Below the pieces are notes generated by a model. That model saw only the letters and a program-made list of their open reading frames with translations, was not told the DNA's origin and searched no databases. From Fimbriosthenelais zetlandica (lineage: Eukaryota), in contig OZ365110.1 of the NCBI GenBank assembly GCA_977030845.1, positions 41,974,001 through 42,038,000 on the forward strand: a stretch of DNA of 64,000 bases, written 5' to 3'. Made by a program: the position numbers and the translations under genes. Shown in pieces: positions 1 to 14,600 of the stretch; positions within the stretch are counted from its first letter, which is position 1, and each line of letters begins with the position of its first letter.

Positions 1-382
1 GGACAAGTATGCTCCATACTGGTGCATGTGAACCGTATCAGTGAAGGAAGGATGAGGGAGGGGCTCTTAGACTTAAAACCCACAAGAATGCTCATCAAAA
101 GAGCTTGTGGACTCAAGAAAGTGAGCTTAGTGCTTGGAGATGTGCGATTTAGGTGATTTAGATACTTCCAGATACAGATAACAATGATATAGACCTTTTG
201 CAGTAAGAAACCCAAACAGAAGGGATTCGGACCGAATGTATACAAATGTATTTGCCTTTAACATAATTCTTTCGGTAACTGTACTGCCAGTGGCTAATGG
301 TATTCATCCTTATGATATGAAAATACTGCCAACTCAGGTGTTAAGGGCAGCTCCAGGTCCATATTTATACAAGCATCATTGA

Positions 383-534
383 CAGGGTCAGATTCAGGAT
401 TTTGGAAAGGGAAGGGTTGGGGAGAAAGGGTTTAGCCTTGTGGCCCCCAGAAAAATGAGCGACAAAGAAATCTTCTCCAAAGGGAGAAGACCAGGAAGTC
501 GTGAGCACCCGAACCCCCCTCTGGCTTCACCCAT
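383..534. mobile_element. Possible degenerate MITE
   Basis: Ends CAGGGTCAGATTCAGGATTTT and CCCCCTCTGGCTTCACCCAT resemble imperfect inverted termini of the common CAGGGGCGGATCCAG-type short non-autonomous elements; no target-site duplication seen. Confidence 0.3.
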
Positions 535-3500
535 AAAATGGTATGACCTTACATAGGAACGTTTTGTTCATAAATTCCATTTAAATAAACTCCATTTAAA
601 TAGACTTAAATGAAGATAAGTCGAGGAGCAGCCATGTATAATGACTCGTCTAGGTTGAGTATCCAGCCATGCTCCCACTGCGATAATCTATTCCATAGAA
701 CAATTTTTGGAGAACAATTTACATCCCGGAAAAGAAAACACATTTTGTGTGTGCTTGGGGTTGATCAAGTGTAAAATTGTTCCCTAAAATGTTTAAGAGT
801 GTCCGGATCTGAGATTGAATCAAGAAGGCATTTTAATGATTACAATCGTCATTCAGTATCACTTAGACATTGAATGATATAGATAGAAGAACTCCATCCC
901 TTTGCTCTCCCTCTGTCCCTCATCCACTGGCAGAGAGGCACGTGTCAGACAATCAGTGATATATAATTACAAGCCATGTTATTGGCCAGCGCCCCTAGCT
1001 ACGTGTCTCCACAAAGGATCAATTTTATTTAAATCAAGAGCGGGTGAATCAATGAATCCCAACACCAAGGCCTTAGATATTGATACGGCCCAACATCATT
1101 TAATCGAGGCTATGCACCCAACTATACGTGGGTATACGGAGTACAGTCATGTATTATTTATCGTCATTTTGGGGCCCGCTTCATTTTGTCAAAATGTTAT
1201 ACATTAGCCAATTGATGGACCGTTGTAGGACCACTTGCATATAAAACAGGATCATGGTGGTCTGAACAGATAACAAAGAAGACTCGGAATACGGTTAGTA
1301 GGGTTGGCCAGAGATGTTTAAGGGGAAGGCACACCTCCCTTGAGGTTGCCAAGGTTGCTTAATGTAGGTGATGTCGACACCTCTGGGAGAAATCTGGCCA
1401 GCAATTCAAGGGACTCATCACCAAATGTATAGCTAAATTTAAATTCTTATGGTGTGTTCTAATGTGAGCTTCTTCAAATTACAGGAGGAGAAACAGAGAT
1501 GGGAGTTAAAAGCGTGGAGAGTGAAGGTACTACATACAGCAAGTGATGGACAGAAAATAGCCTCCTCCCTCTACTGGCTCGACCAGAAAGACAAAATGAT
1601 TAAACCACAATATAGAATCCAGGCATAGAATTACACGCACAAAGCAAAAAATACAACATTAGAGAAGAAAAAAGACAGAAACTGTCAGATATGTGGAGGT
1701 CTACAATATGATCATAATTCAATAAGTATTTGTATAAAGAATTGGCAGTTCTGTGGTGGGCCGCGGGCGATAAACCTGTGTTGTGTCATCCAATGCCACC
1801 TTATCTTTATTTGTGCTCTAACGTCACTCCCTCAATGTAGCGTTACAAACCTTTTAGCTTCTAGTCTGAGGAACTTTCCGGATACCTATCATGTCGATGA
1901 AGCAAAATGCTTTCTGACGCTCCTCACTGGTCCGGCAAGGACGGAGGTGAAATATGGGTCAGAACATATTCCCTCCCGCTATCTGTTCAACGTAGCCAAG
2001 CGTGTTTAATACCCATTCATTGGTTTCAGCCAGATGATATTCAATAGAGATTGATGTGAATAAGTATAAACACCATTCACCCTCTATAGTCACAGGGGCA
2101 AGCTGTCTATGGAATTCATATGTGGTTAGCAAAGATAAGGGTATGTGAGAACCAGGGTGCAAATGGAGGTTAGTTAGAAGGACTGATAAGCATATTGATA
2201 TCAGTTGATGCCCAAGACATGGCGTCCTGTGCAGGCACGGATAGGTGACCGCGGTCACAGCTACCCTACCATCCCCTTTATTCATACAACCCTAATACGC
2301 CGAGGATATCATCTTATAGAAAATTGACTTGGAAATAGTGACGTCAGAAACGTTTGATCTTTTCGCCTGGACAATGACAGTGCATTTCCTGTTAGAGCCC
2401 TCCATTCTCCTCACTCCGCCTTCCCTTTCTATTTGTGGAAGGGAGTTTTCGCAAGGGGCACTGGCCTGTTGCTAGGTTCCTATTCTTCCATGAGACCTTT
2501 AACCAACACGTGCAATATCGCTCACAATCACTATTATTTCCCTGTTCCTTTGAACGCTTCTTAACCTGGCTTAGAGGAGAATCCCCCAGCCTCTGGCTTT
2601 GCGACACTCGCCGATCGGCCTTGGTCAGCTAAAGGAAGGCTAAAATCTCCTAGTAACCACGCTCTTCCCCAGCAATTCCATCTGATGAGTTTGATTTCCT
2701 TTCCATCAAAAGCAAGTGAAATGGTCCAATTCACATACTACATAGACGATCCACATAAAATCTTTGCAGGGCACATGGAAATTATAAAGAAATCTGACTG
2801 AATGGCATTCATGCAAAGAAGGTGAGCGACCATGCATGCGCGCAGTAGCCTATGTACATGTATACTTGTCTCCAAAACTCTCTTCTTTGAGGCTTGATAT
2901 AAGTGACCACCAGCACGTGTACATACATTACATGTATAGTGATTCATGTGTCTTCAATTTTACAACGAGTCAGATGCTCAAATCAAATCCAAAAACCTGG
3001 ACATGAGACCGACCCCGGGCAATTACCGGGTTCTAGGAAGACCATGCCAGTATTGGATAGGCCTACAGCTGGGCGTCTCAAGCTTCCGCTACTAGAGTGC
3101 ATTGTGTATGGAAATAGTAAGGTCACAATTATTTATAACACATCTGCTACTAAAGTGTAACAATATCTTTCCTTACATTACAACCAACATTTATACCATT
3201 AGCCAAGCCCTATATTAAAATGCCAACGGTAGAAGGATGTGTTGCAGTCTACAATTAATACTGATACAGTTGAAAAGTTTATGTGGAACAGAACGACCAC
3301 ATTATACATTGATAGGGATGAATATGCTGATGAAATGCTAAAATACCACTAAGATAAGAATGCATGGTAAATGGAGCTACTCACGCAGAAATATGTCTGC
3401 ACCAGCAGGTGCAACTTGTTTTAACACGTGTGCTTTAGATATTCAAATGATTAAATTGTAGATTGTTTTATTCCCCTGTCATTTAACAAAACCGCCGAGA

Positions 3501-5354
3501 TCTATGTCAAGTCAGAGGGCAATAATCCACATTGCACTTCCACAGTAGGAGTGAGACCAGAATGTGATTCAACAATACTGGTCATGAATGATGGGCTAAC
3601 GGAAGCTAATTGATTCCACAAACAAGAGCTACGTCCAAAACGTCAGCACCCTGCATCAGAACCCTAAGATCATGTGTTAAAAACTTTGTACTAATTTCCG
3701 ATTAATCTTCGTTCGATATCTGCACAAAAGAGCTTTGTTTGACTGTAATTAGAAGCCAAGAGATAAGAGACCAGGGGTCGTCCATCCCTAACAAGCCCTG
3801 CAGGCGCTGATCGATCATGACTTAGCAAATTTAAAAGGCCATTGTCATAGGTGTTGTTTACAACTCTGCGCTTCTATGCTGCAATTTCCATCAACATCCT
3901 CAATTGAGGATGTTTGACTGGTCCTAAATGTTCACCAACTCATGCGGTACATGCCTGAGACCACTTGGTATATTGCTGGATTCAGTTCCTATATATAGGG
4001 ACTGGTTTGTTCATTGTGAGCAAAGTATTGGAGGTATTAAAATTGTACAAATAGATACTAATAGGGATGAATAAAAGTATATACATGTACATGTATGCTA
4101 AACAGTTAACCTGAAAGAAAACGCCAATTTTATAGACTACTAGTCACAAAGGCACTTGCTTTTAACCTTTCCCTATACTACTTAGCATAATAGCAGCGTG
4201 AAAGTTTCTATGAGATTTTGTACATTGTCACTAGTGATATAAATATACCTTATATAATCAAACTAGGCATGTATAACATTAAAGTTCAAAAAGACAATTA
4301 AGAACCCGGAACAGTCATTAACAGAAGTCTGCTTTTTAATATTCAGGGTAAAAATGTGTCGGACTTGGGCTAAAGTAGACCCGCTTGCAATGCGGAGATA
4401 TTTTTAAAGAGGAACTGACTAATTTCTCCTCAAGCAACTTCAGAGGAGACAAGGAGGTAATAAAATCTAATGATAATGATCCTCCTAATGAAAGTTTGAC
4501 TGACAATTTCCATGAATGCATATTAAGACGGGAGGTCAATGAGAGTTTGGGGGATGAAAATTAGTTAGACATTTCAGAGGCTGCCAACACTGTATCCAAA
4601 TCAGAAGAGTCTGAAACTTTGTGCGATAAGAGTCCATTAGAGGAAAGATTTGATTGTCTCATCACACTAGTCTAAATATTTTTGCAATAAATTCAATTAT
4701 CCTGACAGGAATAATCGGCATCAATTTTGAGGTTAAATAAACCATTATGCATTCTAATTCTTCGAAACTTCCTCCAAGGGGCATCGTGCAAATTGGGAGA
4801 TTGGCCATTTGAAAGCTTTGAAAGCAAATCGTTGAAAACTCAACTAACTCTCGTCCCTGTCGGGGGTTATAATTTCCGGTGGGCCATGTCGGCCCTGCTG
4901 AGGAAGGGGCGCACAACAACCTCACCAGAAGGACCTCGCTGTAATTAGCCCTTGTTCTTGATGGCGTCGATGGTAAGACACAACTTCCGGTGTGGGGGAT
5001 TGGGATAATATCGCCTGGCCAGAGGCAAAAGCGCCGAAGGGAACCAACAAATCGTTCCACTTCCTGCGACGTCCTTTCAGGCCCGTTTCCAGCAGTACGC
5101 CCACAAAGAGAGGCAATCAGATGATTGGACTTATATTATTAGGTAAAGCAGCTTTGTCATTATTATCAATTTATCAATTACCCTCCTGAATGGAAATAGG
5201 TGGCCAGATAAGGATATGAGTGATAAGAAAGCAACGTAAAATATAGAAAAAAATATTGGCTAATGAATCGACCACATGTACTTCCTGAATGGAAGCTATT
5301 CTGGACAAATCTCTTTAACCTGAACTAGTTTGATTCTTTAATATAGATCATCAC

Positions 5355-5650
5355 GCTGGTGTAGTGGTGAGACTGTCTGCCCCGTGTGTTGCCGGTTCCA
5401 ACAACGGCTGGAAGTTGGATAAAACCAAAAACTTAACAATTGGTTCTAGTTGCTCCCTTGCTTGACACCCAACAGTAAGGGGACAGGTCTAAGAGGAATA
5501 TGTGACTGGGTGAGGTATCATGTCATGTGCCTGTGACCTGATACCTCAGTGAGGCGCCATTCTAAAAGAACATATGGCTCACTGTCATAAGTAGGCACCG
5601 TCATGATACAATTGAAAAGTTGAAAAGTGAGGTTAAACCCCAATAAATAG
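5355..5650 (+). mobile_element. tRNA-derived SINE, near full length
   Basis: A-box-like TGGTGTAGTGG, degraded B box GGTTCCAAC, core (GCTCCCTTGCTT...CAGTAA...GTGACTGGGTGAGGTAT) and tail ...GAGGTTAAACCCCAATAAA. The first 37 nt match the copy at 61162 at 34 positions. Confidence 0.75.
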
Positions 5651-8600
5651 AAAAAGAATAGTTTGATTCAATAACAAGGTTATGAATTTGATTAGCAAGA
5701 CCAGTTTTTGTCAAACAGGTACACGACCTGTAAGTCACCTAATTAATTCTGTGTGTTCGGTGAATATCTCATTCAAAGGATATTCATCGCGCTTTACATT
5801 TTGAGCTTCCTTACAATTCAATGTGTTATGGGAACCTCTAATGGATAAAGTCCGATAGATTTGACCATGGACAGATGACCCGTACTGCCAAAGCTACATG
5901 TGAGCACACTCAGTGTATTATTTCTATTGATTGGTAAGATGGTCAACCTATTGATCCTTTTAGTCTGGGGTCTCTACCATAAATCTAACTCTATCATCAA
6001 CACCCGAGTCAAAACATTTTTCCTTGTCCATACTAGATGAATTTTCATTGAGAGTACACGTATAATTGAGGGATGGTAAGCCAACATAATTATCAAAACT
6101 TGATACAGATTCCAAACTATTCAAGTTCTTCGTTGCGGTGGTTTCTCTGGAATTGTATGTATTTGTAGGGTAATACCATGTTGCAAGTATCTCAGGTTCA
6201 GGGATTGAAAGCAAAAAGTCAATGAAGGAGCATTGGCAAAGGTGGTTCTATCTTAGAGCGAGTACTGCTTTATATTTGGTCAGGTTATTTTTAACCAGAT
6301 TGGCTGTCAATGAGAAAATTGTAATACAATCAAAACATACCTTATTTTTGGAAATTCCAATTCTATACAGTTGTATCCAAGATCGTCAAATCCAGCAGGG
6401 CTTTTGATGGCACTTTCATTTCATTTCAAAACAATTGTGGAAGTCAGAGTTTTTGACATATAGTGGTACCATATAGGAGACAAAGTTCCAACACCAAGTT
6501 TGGCAAAGTCCTATACAGATGCAATAAAAGTAGGAAAAGGATAAGAGCGGTAGAGAAGGAACCTTCCTTGTTTCGACACCTTTGGGCGATGGGTACATAG
6601 ACATGTACTATCTATCTGTCTTGTGTTATTTATCTCTAAGAGCGTGTATAATGCTGAGTGAATGAGTGCGCGCTCCTCTACACAGCCTCGAAGTCTCGCC
6701 CAACTTCACGGTGGTGATGAGGGAGGGAGGTAGGGGACGAACTGCCAGAGAAGTCGCTTACTCCACTATAGAAACACACTGCCACCACCTCTGGATCAGG
6801 CCTAGGAGGAGGAGGAGAGGAGGAGGCGAGGGAGGAACCAGCGATCTGTCCCTCCCATTCTCCCCTCCCCTCCCACCCTTTACCACTCCTCCGTGGAACA
6901 ACCATACATCTATTTGAGAGGTGGTCAGAGTTTACCATTCTAGAGTACCAGACTGTTATATTATTATCATCCTGTTAATGAGAAGCAAGAAGATAAAGAG
7001 TGTGAAATGAACACAATAGGCATGTTGAAGACACAGAAACTGAGGCATATATAATTAAACCTCTGATTGATTAAGTAGTAGAATCCAGAGACATAGCTTA
7101 CACGTTTGAAGAGGAAAACAGAAGAAAAGTGAAGTGTAAGATAATGAGGTCGAAAAATAGTTTCTCAAGTTGATCCTTCACAGAAAATACTGTTGATTGC
7201 CCCCAAGGTTTTTGGAGACATTTTAAAGCTTGAAGATACATGTCTGGATACTAGCAAAAGAGAGTAAATCAATTAACAGACTGATTGCCCTTTTAGAAAT
7301 GGCATTGTGCCTACGTTGAAGTAAAATGGATGGGGTGAAAGAGTATGTCAGGCCAAAGGCAATGATAAATGGAAGCTAGAAAAACATGTAATGTATACCT
7401 TTTACCTTCAAAGTCTAGCATCAATATTATAGAAAAGAGGAAAAGTTCCTTTCTTGTTTGTTTGTTCCTTTTCCACTTCCTTTGCTAAAAGTTTCTTCCT
7501 CTTTCTGACGCCAGATGCTCCTGAAATCAGTCTATAGACTGGCGCAACAAAATATGATTTAATTAAGGACGCTGCAGGAAAATGTGATTTTTTCAAAGGC
7601 CATGATCAAGGGTCTCCTTCCAATGACTCAGTGGACTCTGTCTGGCATGGTCCAACAAGTGAGCAAATAGAGCATGGAATACACAACAACAAAGCAAATG
7701 AACTCGTTATCCGAGCTTTCTATTGCAATCCGTGATTTATTCTTCACATAATTGATTACTACATTCTGAACAGGGTATAATAAATGCTGCCTTTTACAAT
7801 CTGTAAATGGAGAGAAATATTTAATGGATGCATCCCGTTTTACTTGCAAATGATAAATACAAGTTGGTATGAAGAATATGACCGTAGGTTATCATAAAAA
7901 ATGTACCTATGAGTCTGTGTCATTTGATCACGATCATAGGGAGTCCCTAAGGCTCGAACAGCATGTCAGTAAAATTGTTCTCACCAGCCATCCAGTCTGG
8001 CAAATAGGAATACGTTCAGTTTCTTCAAAGTTATAGTGGCACTTTTCAATGCATACTGGCATACATGGATGTTTTCATTTTGCGGATCTGTCTTTGTGCT
8101 TTTATGAATTTGTAGTCCTGAAGCGAACATAAATATGTAAGTTGCCCCCTAATGAATGACATGTCAATTTAATTAGAATAGACAAAGTTTCCACACTTCC
8201 ATTAAGAGCTACTTAGAGGATATCGAACCCCAATGGTCTTGTATAATCGCCGCTTCCCTGTCCTATTAGTGATCGTAAATTTAATTTATTTAACTGGTAA
8301 CACTGACGCAAATCATAATGAAATCAATTCCAAAGACAAAATATGCTTACAGTGGTATTGGAACCAATTTGCGGGAGAAAGGTTTAATAAGCCTATTATG
8401 TAACCTCCTTCCGGAAGGGTGTGGTGGCCATATAATATGTCATATGCAGCCATGGTGGAACTAGTTCCCCTTTAACATGCTTTAAATATAGAAACTATAA
8501 TAGAACAGTTTTTTTATTACTTGAAATATTTTCCAGCCAGAAAAACTTTTACGATAAAGACCCGTGATAAAATCATCTGTAACACATATGGCATCAGATC

Positions 8601-11600
8601 TCTTTTGGGAGCAGTAAGACATTAACGTCATTCCAATTATATTATTGGTCTATTTTAATACGGCCGTAGAATGAGCATGAGTATAGGCTCATTTCGAATA
8701 ATCAATATGTGGATCTCCATTCATAATTACCAGTGTAAAACAAGTTATATAACACTGGCAGCAGAAGGATAAGTAGGCCTATCTGCTTTCATTTTTACCA
8801 TATCAACGTTCACCCTGGTTTGGTATGTGGATGCAAGCTTTGTGCTGCATTGTGAGGTATCCGGCAGGTGATGGATTATTGGGCATAGTTTGATTCCGCT
8901 GATATTTATCGGCTGACATTCCTCCCACATTAACATAATAGTATAATTTATACTGAATATTACATTATGTACAGTGCAGAAATTTATAGAGCTGCCAAAC
9001 CCTACGCCTTTGAAAATTATATTCATCTTTCCCACCTGTGTCGCACAGCAATATCTCTCAAGTCATCTTTTCACTGTTTTTAATATCGACCTTTTAATAT
9101 TAGGACTATTCAAACAGTATCTTTATAATTTACTGATACTTCAGGCTGAATAAGTTTGAAGATCAGTACCTTGTAAAAGGAGTCTTCAAAGAATAACAAG
9201 AAATCGCATGTAGCATAATTATAGGCCTATCCGTTCCAAGAAAAGTATTTTTAGATGACAGCATTATTGATGGTTTTCACTTCACGTTGAACGGCTTCCA
9301 TAGCCTATAAACAAGCCTCGGAAGAAGATAGACCCAGTTAAAGACTTCTTACAATTTATGTTTTTTGAGTCATTGTTACGAATCACAAATATTTTGATTC
9401 ATATTTCGAAGTATTTTTGCGATTACCTTTGTTTTTCCCACAATGCTGACAGCAATTTTCACAATTAGTCCACATTGCAATTGCATACGAAATAAGGTTT
9501 TATTGCACTAAACCACATGTCAGGGTCAATACGTCGACTTCTGTCAGTGACAGAAACGGATGTGTCATAAACGACACACAAGCATTGTATACCACCGAGT
9601 GGCAACATGGAGAAACATGGTTGTGTGTGGTCAGGTAAGACTGGCAGTATCCGTTATCATTGCTCACTTGTCGTTTAACTGGCAGACTTTACTGACTGTT
9701 TTTCTGTTTTCCCGATAGCACCAATGACATATGGCGGGATGGGAGGTGACTGAAGACGAAGTGAGGTCGTCCATATCTCATTATTGTGTCATTTTGATCC
9801 AAGCTGTTTATGATGATGGCGACGCTGTACCGGACGTTCCATCTTTCACTACGTGTACTCTGTGCATTTATCACAGAGTGTGATAAATGGTCCAGGACTA
9901 GGTACCACAAAGGCTGTGCCTTTGATGATTTCCATTTTAAAAGTCATTTATCCAATCATCAATTCCGTCATTTATCCAATTACCAATTCCCTTATTAAAG
10001 GTCTACTGACATATGGGTCAATATTATAGTATCAGGGCGCTATACTATATAAGAATAAGAATCTTGGACTCAAGAATGAGATTTGGGTACCAGTAAACCA
10101 TTATAGCCTAACTGTTAGTGGCATTCACCAGAGCCATACCGTCTCAATCCTTCAGCCATGTGGACAATGAGCATTACAGGATGGCGTATTTTAGATTTGA
10201 AAGCGATGCTCCCAGTTCCCCCCTTGATCCCGATTTCTCAGCTGCATTTTGAAAGGCACATTCATGGAAGGGGTAGGTGACGCACCCATCATAAACCGGA
10301 AGTAAGGTTTTTGCCCAACATTTCCGGTTTGTTTGCATTGGAGCGGAAAGATAAGAACCAGAGGGTAGGCTGCTTGGATATGATCCTATGTCTCCTGCCC
10401 CACCCCCAGATTGTAACTATCACTGCGAATATCAATACCATGGGGGACCCCCAGCCGCTTTCATGGATGCTGGGGGTCGATGCGAGCCTGCTCTATGTTC
10501 ACTGGGCTATCTCTTACTCTGCCCATTCTAGCTTTTACCGTGTGTCCAATCGCCTCTATTCATGGTCTTTTGATCGGTAACTGACAGTGTGCTGTGGCTA
10601 GATATCACCCTTTACACATTGCTATGACATGATATTAGGAACCTATATACACACTTAGACAAGTCTATTGGGCATATATACACACACAAGGCAGTTCTTA
10701 GTATTCACATTATCATACACAATCATCGCTTTTTTCTTCTACCTTTTTTAAAATAAATTTTCCTCAGACATTTGTATCAATGTTGAATAACATCAGCGCA
10801 TATATATGACCTTGACATTCAGGAGGTTTCCATTCAGGGTTTCCAATGCCTTATAAGAATCTCCAAAATAAATGTAACTTTAGTTTGGACAAATTTCATA
10901 GGAGTGATGAGTAGCAGGCGTGAGGGTCTTCTATTCAGTGAATTGGTAACTGTTGTCCATATCTGACCAGATTATCTCCTCTTTCTGACGAGATGACAGA
11001 TTCATCCTGTTGCAGTAAGTTAAAAAAGAACAATAAAGGCCAAAGTCATCCTTGTTAGAATGGCTACCTGCAAGCCACACGCAAAATTACAATTCGGTAC
11101 AATGGTCCGTTTCCCATTCCATCAAAGGCGTCGATGGCTTCTTTTTCCATGCGGGACAGCAGCAGAAACAACAATGGTCAGCAAGACCAAAAAAGTCCAG
11201 GCCTCATCCCTGCTTGACCAAGTGGAGAAGAGAGCATGCGACCACAACTAACTGTGATGAGGAGAAAGAGCTTAGTGGATTCCAAAATCCTAATACTAAC
11301 CCTGACAAAAAGGATGTTTGCGGCAATATAATACTGTAGAAAACCATCTATCAGTTCCATGATAACTTTAATACTGCATAAAATGTATTTGTCTGGGCGC
11401 ATAAATCTGGACACTATGCCTTGTATAGGCTTATATATAGGCAATGATAGGCCAGTGGGTAGGATAGCAGTTTATTGAATCCAGGCGAATGTAACGTTTT
11501 TCTTCAATTATATAACTGCTAGAGCACAACTACTGAACAGAGAAAGTAGCATTCTGACGACTATGTTCAGATACTGAATGACATGGTGATGAGGAGATTT

Positions 11601-14600
11601 GTTACGCTGCCATAGGGCTGGTCTATGCCTCAGCTATAATCGCCCAGTAGACGCTTTGCACACATGCTTCATGCGAGGGTGATAGTCAGAACCATTGGAA
11701 TCTGGTTAATTCTGCCCTCCTGAAACTCTCGCCATAGTATTACACAGGGAATTTCTCTTTCGTGAGTGCTTGTGAATCTTTTATTATAATTAAGCCCTCG
11801 CAGATCTTTGCAATAGGCCCAATATGATCATTGGTGAACATACAGTTATGTAGATATAGGTTGCATAAGCCCGCACTTGTACGTACAACAAGCAAAATGA
11901 AATGTGCGGTAATAAGCTTAATTCCATCCTTTTCAATCATCTTAAGCATTGCCCAAATGTTTCATGCTACACCAGCATGCCCAGAAGAAGACACATGTCA
12001 AACGAAATGTCTCCCTCAGCCAAGACCCGAGCAGCCTTAAAACGCAGTGGACAAATCGATTCATCATACACATATGTTTTGCTAAAGTGACCAGAGGTTT
12101 ACTGCTGGACTTCCCGCCTGTCATCAGAGGACTATTCCGTCCCTCACATGCGAACTCGGGGGACCTTTCTGTCAACTGTTCTTTGGGCAGGCGCGTCGGA
12201 ATATGGCCGCGTGACGAGTGTAAGCCATCTTCGATCCACCCCGCGTCATTTCTGGTTCATGAAATACATGATATTCACATCATTTGAGGCTAATGAAACG
12301 CAAGGTTCCTTCTCCAATGAATATTCTAGGGGTGACTTGACTTGGGCTGCATAAATATACATCTCGTTTCTTCAAAGGAGATATAACAGTGTATGCCTAC
12401 TATGTTATAGTAGCCTCCCAAAATGGGTAGTATAACATTTTCTGTTTGGCCCATGGACTTAAGGACCCAGCAAGGCGATGAATACAAAGAGTATGCAACG
12501 GTCGATACATTCATTGACGAGTCAGAAAACCGCTTATTTAATAAAGGATATTGAATCTTTATATCTTAGGTCGCGACTACACATTGGTCCTGACTCAGTA
12601 TACTCTCTTAGTTGCTCAGAGATGTATGTCTTCCTGTTCTATTAACCCATTAACAAAGTGATATTTCAGCAACAATAGGCGAGTCTCAAATTGACTGAAA
12701 ATCTGTCACTTTGGAATTAGCCATCACCACACTCAATTAGTTAGAACAAATGGAGGGCTAATATTGAGGGCAAGGGTAGGTCATCTGGGACAATGCCTTT
12801 TAAACATTGCCAGATTCTTTATATCCCTCTGAAGGTCATTCCGAGTCAAGCCATTTTCCAGTTACATTGGCTCATTGGAACTGTAATGAAGGCAGTTTTT
12901 TAACTGGAGTGCGTGTTGAATGCTATGGATGGTCGAATGGGTAAATGAAGTTGAATACATGAAACACTGAACCACTTGAATACATTGAAGGCGCCAATGT
13001 GTATCTTTTGTACAAACTTTTTTTGGACAGATGCAAACGAAGACAGAAATGAATTTGCTCAGAGGATGTAAAAGTGTCAAGTTCCATGTGTTGCATCCTA
13101 AAATGTTCCCCTCAGATGTGTGCAATAAAGTTTGGCTCGGTAGTGCCGGTCCCATACATGGCAGCAGATACTGAGCACCCACTTTTGAAGTATGATTATC
13201 CACAACTTTAGGTAGTTATTGAAAACATCAAACTTCTGCAGATCCGATTTAGCATTAATGCAGGGTATTTTGCCATGCAGATGGCAGGATAAATCATGGT
13301 AAACCTATTAAATATCGTCCATCGAAAGGAAATGAAGTTCTCTGCCCGAAGGCAGTTACTCCGTTTATTTTACGCAATGACTAAATTGATACTACCCCCC
13401 ATGTAACCAAAAGATCTGTTATTACATCTGCATCTTGCTGCATCTCCCATCAAAAGGTGGTGTTTCCATGCCAACATAGCCATTTTAAGGGCATACAGTT
13501 GTACTCTGATGAATTTATTGACTGGCAGTGACGGGCTATTTGCATGGATGACTCGGGAATAATTGCCTCTGCCCGGCTTTTGGCCCATCTCATATTGTCC
13601 TTAGTAGAAGCGGCAAGAAGGAAATGTCTGCTCAGCATCAGCGTTCCTAGTGGCAGACTCGGCAAACAACGACCTTCATTGTTTCCCAACTTCTAATTAA
13701 GAAGCTAGATTAATATCCAAATATTTTCACTGTTTAATGAACTGGAAGAAGATGGGCGCCTGGTTGTGAGCCTCCCGGGGTTTCACAACATGTTTCTCTC
13801 ACATGTTTCTACATGTTATTTCCCTGTAGATAGCCCCTATCACAAGATACACCCGTCCCACGGGCCTCCTTCTGCCGCAGTTATGCCAAACCGAGGCAAG
13901 GCCAACTTTATGGATTGCCATATATGAAACAAAAGTGGTATAGATCTATACAGGGGCGGGGGAGGATGGGGATGAAGGTTAGGGAGCATGAGTGATAGGT
14001 TATATTTTTCAACTGAAGAACCCGGTACACACTCACCAATATTTTCATCCGATTGCCATTGGTTTGCCCCTAAAGGATCTAGTATAGAGGGGAGCTATGA
14101 CAGCTTAACTGAGTTAACTGATTGAAGTCACAGTATTACAATGTTACTGTGGAACACAGAGTATATGCCTATTAAGCCCATACTCCATAGCAGTGCGTCA
14201 ATGGAGGTGATAGGAAATCCTGCCTTGCGATATGACATTTTTTTGTGGTTTCAATGTCTTCTGGGGTATAAAATGATAGCAAGGTCACACTTATGAAGAG
14301 GTCTCACCTATATAACGTCATTGTAGAATCGCAGTCGGAACGTGTCAACACATATGCGACATGATGGTATTTGTTGCGCGACAATGTCGTAACCTTTATC
14401 CTCGGTCAGTAACACGGTAGAAAAGCCATGCAGGTATAATAGAGAAAATAGCTAGTATGAAAACCTCAGTTGAATGCTATCCTATCTGACCGAATCGAGC
14501 TGCCATATTGTTTTTTATCAGCTTGGGTAAGGGAGAGAAGGAAGGGGAGGGGGTGGCAGCTGACATGACATGGTGACCCCTGGAGGCCTGCCACTCAACC

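Noticed and set aside
2682-2725. CTGATGA...GAAA hammerhead-ribozyme-like core
   Set aside because: Stem II does not close directly onto GAAA, and no valid stems I and III or cleavage triplet were found.
4662-5060. 132-aa ORF with W..IIPIP..G...NY reminiscent of a LINE RT
   Set aside because: Motif spacing is too compressed and the KAFD-like match needs frameshifts; not supportable without an HMM search.
5960-6214. 84-aa protein-like ORF, and the other isolated 60-120-aa ORFs in the track
   Set aside because: No recognisable domain or splice context; many begin at TTG, GTG or ATT, which is not meaningful for a eukaryotic locus.
14037-14069. 33-nt frame-preserving candidate microexon on the minus strand (TTTAG...TTG|GTGAGT)
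   Set aside because: No partner exons or recognisable peptide; such splice-signal pairs occur by chance in 64 kb.
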